Source: a virus. From it: a DNA stretch of 64,000 nt. Positions 42,473-52,320 of the stretch are shown here, piece by piece. The DNA is taken from IMG/VR virus record IMGVR_UViG_3300031371_000002, positions 2,910 through 66,909 of that record; one strand, given 5' to 3'. The stretch's first letter is position 1. Each line of letters begins with the position of its first letter. Both the position numbers and the translations under genes were made by a program. The notes under the pieces were generated by a model. It had not been told where the DNA came from. It was given only the letters and a program-made list of their open reading frames with translations, and made no database searches.

Positions 42473-43453
42473 ATGAACGAAAAACAACAAGCACTGGTAA
42501 ATGAATATGTAGAGATGTTTGGCTTCTCAGAAGAGCAAGCTATTGAAATGCTTAAAGAAGAAGGTAAACTTGGCGGAGGAGACTCTAACGTATCTTTTAA
42601 ACCAAATCTTCCAGAACTGAAGTTCTTCAATGGTGCTCTTGCAAGCCCTATGACTAAGCATAATAAAGCAGCCAAAAAAGAAAAGATTAAATATACCTTT
42701 GAAGAAGACAATTTCTATCTTGGTGCTAAGACGGTAAAAGTTGGTGAGGGTGATGAGAAAAAGATTGACCCTAAGCAAACCGAGATTGGAATACAAGTTG
42801 GAGAAGAAGCTGAGATCATTGTATGTTCTCAAGGTTTCTATGCTGGATATTACAATCCAAAGAATCCAAGCATTGCTGTAACGACAAATATGGTTTCTCA
42901 ACTGTTCGATGCTAAGAAAGTCCGAGACTTTAAAACAGGAAAGACAATTGAAGAACTATATGAAACTGGTAAATATGGTGAGAAGTCTGCAACAGGCCAA
43001 GACAAGACTATCAAATGGAAACGTGTTGTGGGTCTTCTTGTTAAAACAGAAGATGGTTGGAAGAAAGCATTTACAGAAAAGAATATCGGTGCATTTGAAA
43101 CAGATAGTTTCCATAGCTTCCTAGAGGCAACTGGAGATATGCCATTCAAATATCTTGGTAAAACTAAAATGGTTGAGTGGGAAATTGGTAACTCATATAA
43201 AGTTGAGAAAGATCGTGCTCTGACTGATGATGAGTTTGCTGAAGTTCGTGATCTTGTTCTTGAAGTTAAACGAGAGATGCAAAATGTTATCAAAGAGCAA
43301 GCAGAGTTTGTGAATAACAAAAGCAATTCTACAGATGATGCTTCAGACGACACTTCTCCTAATAACCCTGTTGATGATGGCCTTGATCTAGATAAAGAGT
43401 TCGGAGGAAGTGACAATCCAGATGATATTTTTGGGCCAGATAAGGTAGACTAA
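42473..43453 (+). CDS. Putative ssDNA-binding / annealing protein
   Basis: 326 aa with an acidic disordered C-tail, in the replication arm. Confidence 0.5.
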   Translation: MNEKQQALVNEYVEMFGFSEEQAIEMLKEEGKLGGGDSNVSFKPNLPELKFFNGALASPMTKHNKAAKKEKIKYTFEEDNFYLGAKTVKVGEGDEKKIDPKQTEIGIQVGEEAEIIVCSQGFYAGYYNPKNPSIAVTTNMVSQLFDAKKVRDFKTGKTIEELYETGKYGEKSATGQDKTIKWKRVVGLLVKTEDGWKKAFTEKNIGAFETDSFHSFLEATGDMPFKYLGKTKMVEWEIGNSYKVEKDRALTDDEFAEVRDLVLEVKREMQNVIKEQAEFVNNKSNSTDDASDDTSPNNPVDDGLDLDKEFGGSDNPDDIFGPDKVD

Positions 43454-43651
43454 TGTATATTGATTTTACCTTGGTAAAGACTTTTCTTAAAGCATACTTT
43501 GGTACAGCATTTAGTATTTTGATGGCTTCCTTTTTGGGGGCCTTCTTTGCGTATGCCACTTCTTTTCTACTAGATGCTGATCAAGGTAAATGGATTGCAA
43601 TGTGGTCTATGGCTTTTGCTCTTATCGGATTTGTATTGAAAGAAGGTTCTA

Positions 43652-44092
43652 GTGAGTAAGAAACAAGTTTGGATGGATATTGCAGAAAGACTTGCAAAAG
43701 AATCTAAATGTGTTTCTCATTCTGTATCGTGTGTTATTGTGAAAGATAATCATATCCTTAGTACAGGGGTGAATGGAAGTCAATCAGGACACACTAATTG
43801 CTGTGATGTCTTTCCAGATTATAATAAAGAAACTGATAGGGAGGCTCATCACCGATGGAGCAATATTCATGAAGTTCATGCTGAGAAGAATGCCTTAAGA
43901 TGGGTTGATAGAAGTGAATCATCAGATTCTACTTGTTATGTGACTCTTGAACCCTGTTTGGCTTGTTTTAAAGATATGCTTGCAGCAGGTATTTCAGCGA
44001 TCTACTTCAAAGATTATTATGATAAAAATGAATACAGAGAAGAAATGTTAGCAGAAGCTAAAAAAGCTGGTGTTACTTTTGAAAGGTTTTGA
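43652..44092 (+). CDS. dCMP deaminase
   Basis: SKC..V..VIVKD..TGVNG; HAE; PCLAC. Confidence 0.92.
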   Translation: MSKKQVWMDIAERLAKESKCVSHSVSCVIVKDNHILSTGVNGSQSGHTNCCDVFPDYNKETDREAHHRWSNIHEVHAEKNALRWVDRSESSDSTCYVTLEPCLACFKDMLAAGISAIYFKDYYDKNEYREEMLAEAKKAGVTFERF

Positions 44093-44490
44093 TTATGGCA
44101 GAAGTATCAAGCATCACTAAAAGCATGTTAAGGTATTATTGGGGAACCCTTATCAAAGGTCTTCTTGAATCTAAATGTGATAAGTGCTTAGGAGAAGGTT
44201 GCCCTCAATGTCATGATACAGGAAGAATGAAGTTTAGATTTGATATTGATGGAGAGCACTATGAAGTTCCTCTTTGGGTGTTTGATTCTAAAGGAATTCA
44301 TGAGTTTCTAAAGAACATTTCAGAGAGATTTCCTAAGAAACACTCTGGAAAGCCCTTCTCAATGAGTCCAAATGGATCAGAGCCGCCTAATATGAGTGAT
44401 ATTTTGAACTATTTTGAAGAATTAGAGCTTTTAGCTCAATATAGCGGTATCTATTTGAATATTTCAGAGGATAAACGTGAGCAAAGTTAA
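44089..44490 (+). CDS. Zn-finger protein
   Basis: CDKCLGEGCPQCHDTG. Confidence 0.6.
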   Translation: MIMAEVSSITKSMLRYYWGTLIKGLLESKCDKCLGEGCPQCHDTGRMKFRFDIDGEHYEVPLWVFDSKGIHEFLKNISERFPKKHSGKPFSMSPNGSEPPNMSDILNYFEELELLAQYSGIYLNISEDKREQS

Positions 44491-44872
44491 AAATAAAGCA
44501 AATAAGCTTGAAAAGAACTTTTTTCATGTAGATAACCGTAAAAGTGACAAAAAGAACACTAAAACTAAGAAAAACAGGTCAGATGACGTTATTGACGAAG
44601 AATACCTTGATTATGTGCGTAATTTGACCTGTTGTGTGAAGAATTGCACAGGAAATGCTGTTCCACATCATCTTATAGGAAGGAATCTTGGTAGAAATGA
44701 TCATTTGGTGATTAATTTATGTGGTTTTCATCATAATTTAGGTGGAATTAATGAAGCTATTCACCAAATGGGAAAAGAATCTTGGCAAAAGAAGTTTAAA
44801 ATAGATATTCAAGAAGGGGCTATAAAACTATATGAAAGATATAAGAAGGAGGTAAGTAGTGCCAAACAATGA
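44477..44872 (+). CDS. DUF968/Ref-like HNH nuclease
   Basis: YLDYVRNLTCC..C..PHH..LCGFHH..IH. Confidence 0.75.
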   Translation: MSKVKNKANKLEKNFFHVDNRKSDKKNTKTKKNRSDDVIDEEYLDYVRNLTCCVKNCTGNAVPHHLIGRNLGRNDHLVINLCGFHHNLGGINEAIHQMGKESWQKKFKIDIQEGAIKLYERYKKEVSSAKQ

Positions 44873-45473
44873 AAATCACCCAAGAAAAAAGTTCATTACA
44901 GAACATTGGGAAGAGATGACTGATAAAGAGATGTATGAAGCAATGCTTGGAACAACTGCTGAAGCTCCTTCTGAAACTGCTGTAACAAGATATCGTCAAA
45001 GACTTGGGTTTTTAAGAGATAAAGAAATGATTTATAGAATGAGGGATAAGAAATGATTGTAGAATTTAACGGATGGCATATTGATCTATCAAAAGTATCT
45101 GCTGTAAGCCCAGTTCAAGCTAACTACTCTTTCAATATCCATGAATCAGTAGTTATTACATTGGAGTTTGCTTCACAAGAAGAAGCAGATACGGCTAGAT
45201 CACAGTTTATTACTTTATGGCAAAGACCAAATAGGATGACTCAATGATTATTCAATATCAAGACCCTTCCTTGGATATCCTAGAAGAAGGAGACATTGTT
45301 TATGATTTTTTAAATAAAAGGCAATTTACTATTTCAGGTAAAACTGCCCACTATGTTTCTCTAGAGGAAAGTAAATTTTGTAGACTTGCAACTGATAATA
45401 AATTGGTAGGATGTGTACTCATCAGAAAAGTAGATATTGATATTTAGTGAATTTTGGTGAAATTGATACAACC

Positions 45474-45507
45474 TTTAAGAAAAAATTAAGTTATAAAAGG
45501 ATATACT
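45474..45507 (+). promoter_or_regulatory. sigma70 promoter upstream of the structured RNA
   Basis: TTTAAG..TTAAG..TATACT (45502-45507). Confidence 0.6.
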
Positions 45508-45518
45508 TCTTATATAAC

Positions 45519-46115
45519 TTCTCGCACATCTGCACGCAGACCGCCGAAAGGCAACATATATGGCTGGGTGTATTAAGGATGCAAAATGCGGGACATATCG
45601 TATGAATATACAAAAAGCAACAATTCGCTACAGAATGGGTATTTCTAGAGTACTTAATGTTGTAACAAAGATTCATACCAGTACGCCTCTGGCTTGTTTA
45701 ATGTCAGAGGTCTACTTCCAATATCCTTCGGGACTACTCATATGAGGATATCGTGCCTAAGAGAATGAGCCAAAATCATTTCAGGTTTAAGCTGTTGTGC
45801 CTTTAAACAAGGTGTGGGTGGCTGGAAAGTCATAAGCCGTATCACCAAGACAGAGAGAAGAGCCTCACCTTCTCACATGAGGCGAAATTCCTTTTCATAA
45901 AATCCTATTGACGAATAGGTGCTCATTCCTCAGTATGCAGATAACGCTTAGGGAATGTTACACGGCTGGCCTCTCAATGTACGCTAGTCTTCTTTGAGTT
46001 GTGAAGTAGGATTACAGCACCTTCCTCCGGGAAACCCTTTATGGTTTAAAATGAGGCTACCCTACTTCCACTATCTATCCTCCTTGGTAGAATATAGGTG
46101 AGCTTTTATAGCTTT
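45519..46115 (+). ncRNA. Large structured non-coding RNA candidate (~600 nt)
   Basis: GC-enriched with no credible ORF; GAAA, UUCG and GGAA tetraloop hairpins; nested long-range helices. Confidence 0.75.
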
Positions 46116-46717
46116 GGTAAAGTTTGATTGATATGGTTGATTGGAGAATGTTTAGGGATAGGCATTCTCTTATGAGTTATATTTTAAAAGGAAAGATATG
46201 TTTGATAAAGATTTTGATTTTATGGACTATTTTAATAACTTCATTGATGGAGAACTTGATAAGCGTTATCAAGAAGCAAAACGTAAAAGTAACTTGACTT
46301 TATACAAAATGAAATCAGGTAGGTTTAAAATCATGGACTATTATAAGAATACTGTTTATGAATGTGATGATGTAGTTGTTGCAAAGAAGTATTTTATTAA
46401 GATTACTATTGGAGAATAGATGGAATTAGATTTCAAAAATGATTCATATTGTAAAATACTAATGTCTTTACTTATTATAGGTAAAATTGGACCAAATGAA
46501 TTTAGAGGTGATCTAGAAAAGTATGAGATATTTTTAAGAAGCTTAGGAAAATAATGAAAATAAAGATTCCACAAAATAGTGCTTATGATATATGTCTCTA
46601 TAATGAAACACTACAAGTCTATGTTGATCTATATATTGTTAAAGCAAAGATCAAGAGAAGAGAACTATTGTGGGGATTAGACCCTAAAGACATTTTAGAA
46701 TATTATATGGAGAACAA

Positions 46718-47209
46718 ATGAATAGAGAATACAAACTAACTTGGGATGTAAAGACAACTCCTTTTGCAAATGGAATCATTGAACAAGAAACAACTGATAT
46801 TTTCAATCAAACTATTAAAAAAGTTGTCAATACACAGGAAGAACAAATTAAACAAAGTCTTATCACTTTAGGTTGGCTTCCTCCAGAGTATATAAAGAAC
46901 GTGCAAGATAGAGTAATTAAGAATAAGGATATTATGGAAGATAAAACTGTGGACGGCTCTTATGTAGTCCCTTTTGACAACAGGTTTGCAGTTCTTCATA
47001 TTATTGAGGATGAAGCTAAAAAATTTAAAAGCTTAGGGAAAACTGCTAAACAGTATGATACTGAAATGAAAGATCATATTAAAGATATTCAAAATGAGTT
47101 GAAACCAAATACAGTTAATGAGTTTTACGGAATACGCTTAGAAGATTATACCAAAGAAGAACTTATTGTAATCATCAGTTGGATGGGAAAGAGAATGCGG
47201 CTTAAATGA
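46718..47209 (+). CDS. Hypothetical protein
   Basis: GGAG RBS, 163 aa ORF. Confidence 0.6.
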   Translation: MNREYKLTWDVKTTPFANGIIEQETTDIFNQTIKKVVNTQEEQIKQSLITLGWLPPEYIKNVQDRVIKNKDIMEDKTVDGSYVVPFDNRFAVLHIIEDEAKKFKSLGKTAKQYDTEMKDHIKDIQNELKPNTVNEFYGIRLEDYTKEELIVIISWMGKRMRLK

Positions 47210-47373
47210 AAAAAGTATATAAATCACTGATAACTTACTACGATAAAAAAGGTATTGCGGTATGCGAGTATTTTTACATCAAGATAACTTTCTTAGGGAT
47301 CACTATTCATGAGGACACCTATGAGTTGTTTGATGAAGATAGAGATCATGAGTCTATTAGAGTTCATGAAATA

Positions 47374-49923
47374 TAGTGAACATTTGAAGAGAGCTTAGGA
47401 GATTATCACAATGATACATACAGCTAAAGATGTAACATTACAAATTGCACAAGATACTAAAGTAACCATAAAGAATAGAAGTATCAAGAGTAAGGCTAGA
47501 AAGAAGAAAGTTATTAAACATGGTTATTTAAAGTTTAATGCTTCTAACTTCTCTATTGAGATTTGTAGTAAACATTTCTAGAAAAACTATACTATTTTTC
47601 TAGATTAAAAATGCTACATAGGTATCTTTATATCTAGTTTTATTGGATATAAGGGCTAAAAGAATACATACATATATTTTAAAGGAAAATAAATGAATAT
47701 AACTCTCATAAAAGATAATTTAGTTCTATATGGAGAAAGTGGGTATAGAGTTGTTCCAAAAGATAAGATTGTAGAATATGCGAAATCTGGAAAGATAACT
47801 TTTAAAGAAGCTCATGCTTTAAATCATTTTTTATGGAAGTTAAGTAATGATAAGTTTATGAGAGATATTGAAATGCTTAGTAATGGAACTTATAAAAAGG
47901 AGAATGAATGAAAGCATATATAACAGAAGTAGAAATATATGATGACGATACAGATAGTAAAATGTTGATAGCAAAACTACAATCGTTTGATGAAGAAGCA
48001 TTCGTATTGACGATTAATGAGAGGATTGTTACTGGAGATGAGCTTCGTGAGATTGCTGATTTGTTAGATTCTGATATTTTGAGAAAACCTTTGGGGGTGT
48101 AACTATGATCTGTACCGACCGTGTTATTTTGTTAGTTATATTTCTTGTACTTATTGGGTATATGTATTGGGTTTTTAGAAGATGGTGACTCCGAAGGAAG
48201 AATATTCTACTATAATTGGGTTATATAAATTTTATCTTGCTTAGGGAAATATTACAAAAAGGAATATCTATAATGGAAAAACAAGAGTTAACTAATAAGA
48301 ACGTAATACATATATTTATACAAACTGAAAAGGGCTGTGATCCTATGGAAGGTGAATACTCACTATCTATTGGTAATATGAAATATCCTTTAGATATCTC
48401 TTCTCCTGGTGGAGTAGATGATGTATCTTTGATAAAGGATGCAATAGAAAATGAATTTGATCTAAGCGGCCTCCCTGAAGAAGGATTAACAGAAGTTGTT
48501 CTGATTGAATCTGGAGAATGGGAAGATGTATTCTGGCATAAATACTATAATGTATTTAGATATGAGATTCAATATTCTAGTTGATAGTGAACATTTAGAT
48601 TGAGCTTAGGGGAAGATTATAAAAATAAGCATATAGGAGACAACATATGAAAGTAAAAGTAGGAGATATAATCCAAAATCCCTCTGTATCTGAAGATCAC
48701 CCTAATTACAGATCACTTGTAATTAAAACTGGAAACACTCTAACTTCAGAAGCTATTGGTATTTATTCAAAAAGAAAAGTTAAATATTATACATCAGACC
48801 TGAATGCAAATTTTAAAGTTGTAGGTAGAGGTCACGTTGAAATTATTGTAGATGGGTTATATAATAGTGAACATTTAGATTTAGCTTAGGAAAAGATTAA
48901 CATATAGTAGTATAGAAGGAGAAAGATATATGAAACTTAGTTTAAAACTCCGTCCGGTAGAGATAGAACACCTCCTAACACTATTAGAAGAGCGTAAGAG
49001 AGAGGGTAGCTACTATGGAAGACGTGAGCATTATTATAAAAGAACAGATAAGTTAATTAACTTACTAGAAGAACAGTTGAAGCTATCTGGTGTTAGATTT
49101 TCTGAAGCTTAGGGAAAGATTATAAATGACATATATAGAGAAGAAGAGTATTCCAATAGCAAATGATAATGATGTAATAGAGGCTACGCTATATGGAAAG
49201 AAAGTAGTAACAAAAGATACCTCAGATGATGGAACTTTTACATTAGTCTCATATCATTACAAAGATAATATATACATTGTAGATGAGTCTTTTAAACCTT
49301 TCTTTTTCAGAAAACTTTTTGTTAAGGTTAAGACAATGGTGAACACTTTAGTAAGTAAGATAAAATTTTCCTAAGCTTAGGATAATATTACAAAAAAAGG
49401 TATATATAAAGGTAATAGGTATGAAAGAAGAACATATATTTACTGAAGATACAGATGGGATAGACCATATCAATGCGTATTCTAAAGGTAAAACTGAGTT
49501 GGGTAGATTTCTAAGTAACTTTACTAAATGTAAGATAAAAACAGACGAGGGAATATTTAACAGTTTAGAGGGTTACTGGTATTGGCTTTTAACAGAAGAT
49601 GAATCTTTGAAGATACTGTATGGTTACAGAGCAAAACAGTTAGGAAAAAGTCTGGATAAAGTAAATGAAGATGTTGATAGAGATAAGTTTAAAAAAGCAA
49701 TAGATTATAAACTACTTACAAATAGAAGACTCCTTATTTCACAGGACTTATGGCTTGACCTTGAAGTGCCTATTACTCACTACTATTCTTACGGAGGAAA
49801 GCCTATAAGAACTAGACACTCTTGGATTATAGCTCATCTAGAGCTTCGTAGAAAATGGTTTGTTGCTAATAAGGGCAATAGTAAATACTTTTAATTTTTG
49901 TCGAGCTTAGGGAAAGACTATAA
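47374..49923 (+). repeat. Gene-junction repeat array (TAGTGAACATTTAGATTNAGCTTAGGNNAAGATTA and half copies)
   Basis: Copies at 47374, 48239, 48585, 48865, 49106, 49369, 49904; 48585 and 48865 match at 32/35. Confidence 0.8.
49421..49894 (+). CDS. NADAR-like protein (T4 gp30.3-related)
   Basis: GRFLSNF..GIFNSLEGYWYWL..YGYRAKQLG. Confidence 0.6.
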   Translation: MKEEHIFTEDTDGIDHINAYSKGKTELGRFLSNFTKCKIKTDEGIFNSLEGYWYWLLTEDESLKILYGYRAKQLGKSLDKVNEDVDRDKFKKAIDYKLLTNRRLLISQDLWLDLEVPITHYYSYGGKPIRTRHSWIIAHLELRRKWFVANKGNSKYF

Positions 49924-49935
49924 TAAAGGACACAT

Positions 49936-50216
49936 ATGATATATACAGATAAGAGAGAGAGTATGGAGAGATAGAATACTCAATAGAGGGTAGCACCATA
50001 TACATACACTCATTTACTACTTATGATACATACAGGAGACAAGGTTATGGCACTAAACTTTATATAGAGTTGATTAGTAAATACCTATCTGTAAATACTA
50101 GTTTTGTTGAAATATTTAAACATAATATTGAAGGGGCTTCTTTTTTTGAAAGTCTTGGTTTTGAGTATTGTGTACAGGATGACTCTGATCATATATTTAT
50201 GGTAGATACTTTTTAA
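49936..50216 (+). pseudogene. Frameshifted GNAT acetyltransferase
   Basis: RRQGYGTKL and N..A..FFESLGF lie in a frame that joins the ATG at 49936 if one AG of (AG)5 at 49952-49961 is removed. Confidence 0.8.
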
Positions 50217-50430
50217 TAGATGTAGGGTGAACATTATATCATATATGATGGTTTTTCTGAGAATTTTGCTTGAGTTGGTCTAGTAAAGAATATGGTGAAC
50301 ATTTAATTCATTGAAATTAGTATTTATTGTACCAACTCAAAAAAGCACTCTCTTAAATAACAATAACCCCCCCCATCCCTTTCAAATAAAACTAATCTAA
50401 ATAACAAGCTTCATATAAGACTATCTTAAC

Positions 50431-50445
50431 TGATAACTATTATCA
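50431..50445. promoter_or_regulatory. Fur/PerR-box-like 7-1-7 palindrome
   Basis: TGATAAC-T-ATTATCA. Confidence 0.55.
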
Positions 50446-50574
50446 ATAACTAACCCCGCCAAATTTACAAAAATAAAATCTAATCCCGCAATTAACCTTA
50501 CTATCAAAGCTTCACATAATAGATCAACACATAACTTATAAGTCAATAAAATCCTTTATAATAACTACTCCATT

Positions 50575-50665
50575 GTTACCTATTTACTCAAATCGTCTAT
50601 ATTAAACGATCTACCATAAAGTAATACCATTGTAAGCCTAATCATATAAAGTGCCTTAAATCAAG
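50575..50665 (-). repeat. Dispersed element, copy E (inverted)
   Basis: Minus-strand GGTATT at 50628, AGATCGTTT at 50612. Confidence 0.75.
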
Positions 50666-50850
50666 CGCTAGCTATGTTAAATAGCCGATATAACTATACG
50701 AAACAATATCAATAATAAAAAGCTTAGAAAACTACCCATTTAATAATACTTTAAGAAACATTACACTATACACACATATACATATTATATAGCCTCAACT
50801 AAATAAGATAATAATACTCTCATTCTGTAATAATTCTTTTTAAAAAACCC

Positions 50851-50878
50851 TTGACACATAATCTGAATGTGGTATACT
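50851..50878 (+). promoter_or_regulatory. Strong sigma70 early promoter
   Basis: TTGACA-16-TATACT with extended -10 TG and an upstream A/T tract. Confidence 0.8.
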
Positions 50879-50907
50879 AACTCTATAACTTGAATAAAGG
50901 ATAACAG

Positions 50908-51054
50908 ATGAAAGACTTTCTAATCAAAGAAACTTTAAAAGCATTACAGCAAGCAGAACAAACAAAAGCCTTTTTAAAAGACATTGAAAGAAAAACAAAA
51001 CATCTTTGCCCTGTTGAAAGAGAATTAAGAAAACTTAAAGCTTTAAATAGCTAG
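50908..51054 (+). CDS. Small basic early protein (48 aa, not in the ORF track)
   Basis: AAGGA RBS; MKDFLIKETLKALQQ...KLKALNS. Confidence 0.65.
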   Translation: MKDFLIKETLKALQQAEQTKAFLKDIERKTKHLCPVERELRKLKALNS

Positions 51055-51141
51055 ACTAATCGAATAACTTTTTAGGGGGCTTTATAGTAAGTCTCTTATA
51101 AAGGTTATCTTAACCTTACACTTCATCTAAAGGAACTTATC

Positions 51142-51843
51142 ATGGCTAACATGAAAGAAAACATCAAGAAGGCAGCAAGCAAGGCGGTAACTCTTCCAAT
51201 GACTAGAGGCAAAAGAAGTCCTCTCCAATATGTGGGCGGGTTAGCACTTAATCCAACACATAAGACTAAGAAAGTGTTTGACTATTCAAGCATTCAATCT
51301 GGTAAAGAGGTTGCTAAGGGTAAAATGATTAACCTTACTCTTAAAAAGGTTCTTAAAAGTGTTGACACTCTAAGCGAGGCAAAAATAGCCTTTAGAAATA
51401 TGATTGTAACAGAGTTTAAACTCAATAAAGACAAACTGGAAAGAACCCGTGTTATTACAGATAAGGTTAAAGAGATCAAAGCCCTTGAAAAGCACTACCA
51501 AAGAGAGCTTATGGAAGTATTGAACGGCTATAGCTTCCTTATTAAAAACTCTATCGTTATCACAGGGGATAACCTTGATCAATATCACAAATGGATTGAT
51601 CTTGTAAAGATGTCAAAAAGAGTTATTGGAGCTATCAAATACGGAGAGAAACACTCTCTTAAGATTAAGTCAACACGGTCAGCTTTGAAAAAAGCAGTCA
51701 AAGCGGGTTATCTGAACACTTATGATTATCTTGATAAAGTCAAAGAAGATTTTGCTATTGTAGCTAATCATAAGCAGGCTGTTAAACTGGAGCAGCTTAA
51801 AAATGTGTTCAATAATGAAAATAAAGTTGAAAAGGTAGCTTAA
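51142..51843 (+). CDS. Lys-rich early protein of unknown function
   Basis: AAGGA RBS; flanked on both sides by long hairpins. Confidence 0.75.
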   Translation: MANMKENIKKAASKAVTLPMTRGKRSPLQYVGGLALNPTHKTKKVFDYSSIQSGKEVAKGKMINLTLKKVLKSVDTLSEAKIAFRNMIVTEFKLNKDKLERTRVITDKVKEIKALEKHYQRELMEVLNGYSFLIKNSIVITGDNLDQYHKWIDLVKMSKRVIGAIKYGEKHSLKIKSTRSALKKAVKAGYLNTYDYLDKVKEDFAIVANHKQAVKLEQLKNVFNNENKVEKVA

Positions 51844-51848
51844 GTAGT

Positions 51849-52300
51849 TTACCCCATAGAGTAACTTTTTATTAAGATTCTATGGGGTTATACTTCCAAA
51901 GGGGTAAATAATATTATAGAGCTTCTTTATAGGGGTTCTTAGTGTTATTTGATTTTGAAATGTATTGTAATAAGTGTTAGAAACTATATAAGATACTCGC
52001 TTAGGGTATCCTCTTTATGGTATCACTTGAACGGCTTATGTGGTAGATAGTTAATGAAACTCCGCTTAGGGGAAGTAGTTAAAAGGAAACTTTATGAAAG
52101 GTTAGTAAAGTAGGACACGCTAAAAAGCATTACATAGAGAGTTATTTAACCTTATGTTCTTTTAAAATGATTGTTGTATAAAATGTTCATCATTAACCCG
52201 CTTAGGGTATGATACTTATAATAGTTTATATGATAGATATTGTCATTCCTGTTTAGTCTCTTTACATGATCGCTTAGGTTATGTTTATTATAGAGGCGTT
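51849..52300 (+). ncRNA. Multi-hairpin non-coding element with four C(GCUUA)G-capped stems
   Basis: CGCTTAGG at 51998, 52063, 52199 and 52271, each at the apex of a different stem. Confidence 0.7.
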
Positions 52301-52320
52301 ATTCTAAGGTAGATATAAAA

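Noticed and set aside
45491-45745. ORFs 45491-45676 (-) and 45560-45745 (+)
   Set aside because: No convincing RBS, atypical composition, and they overlap the structured RNA candidate
45519-46115. Group I intron, RNase P RNA or tmRNA
   Set aside because: GGACTA/TAGTC and GGAAAGTC fragments exist but lack the surrounding conserved context; no interrupted gene and no tRNA-like ends
47366-47420. TAG reassignment or readthrough (MKYSEHLKRA*EIITM..)
   Set aside because: The TAG belongs to the junction repeat, and core genes are intact under the standard code
47374-49923. Classical integron
   Set aside because: No tyrosine recombinase in the window and the repeats lack attC RYYYAAC/GTTRRRY ends; only the cassette-like layout is kept as a finding
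51990-52290. CRISPR mini-array (roughly 65-70 nt periodicity)
   Set aside because: Only 8 nt are shared between units, they sit in hairpin loops, and no cas gene is present
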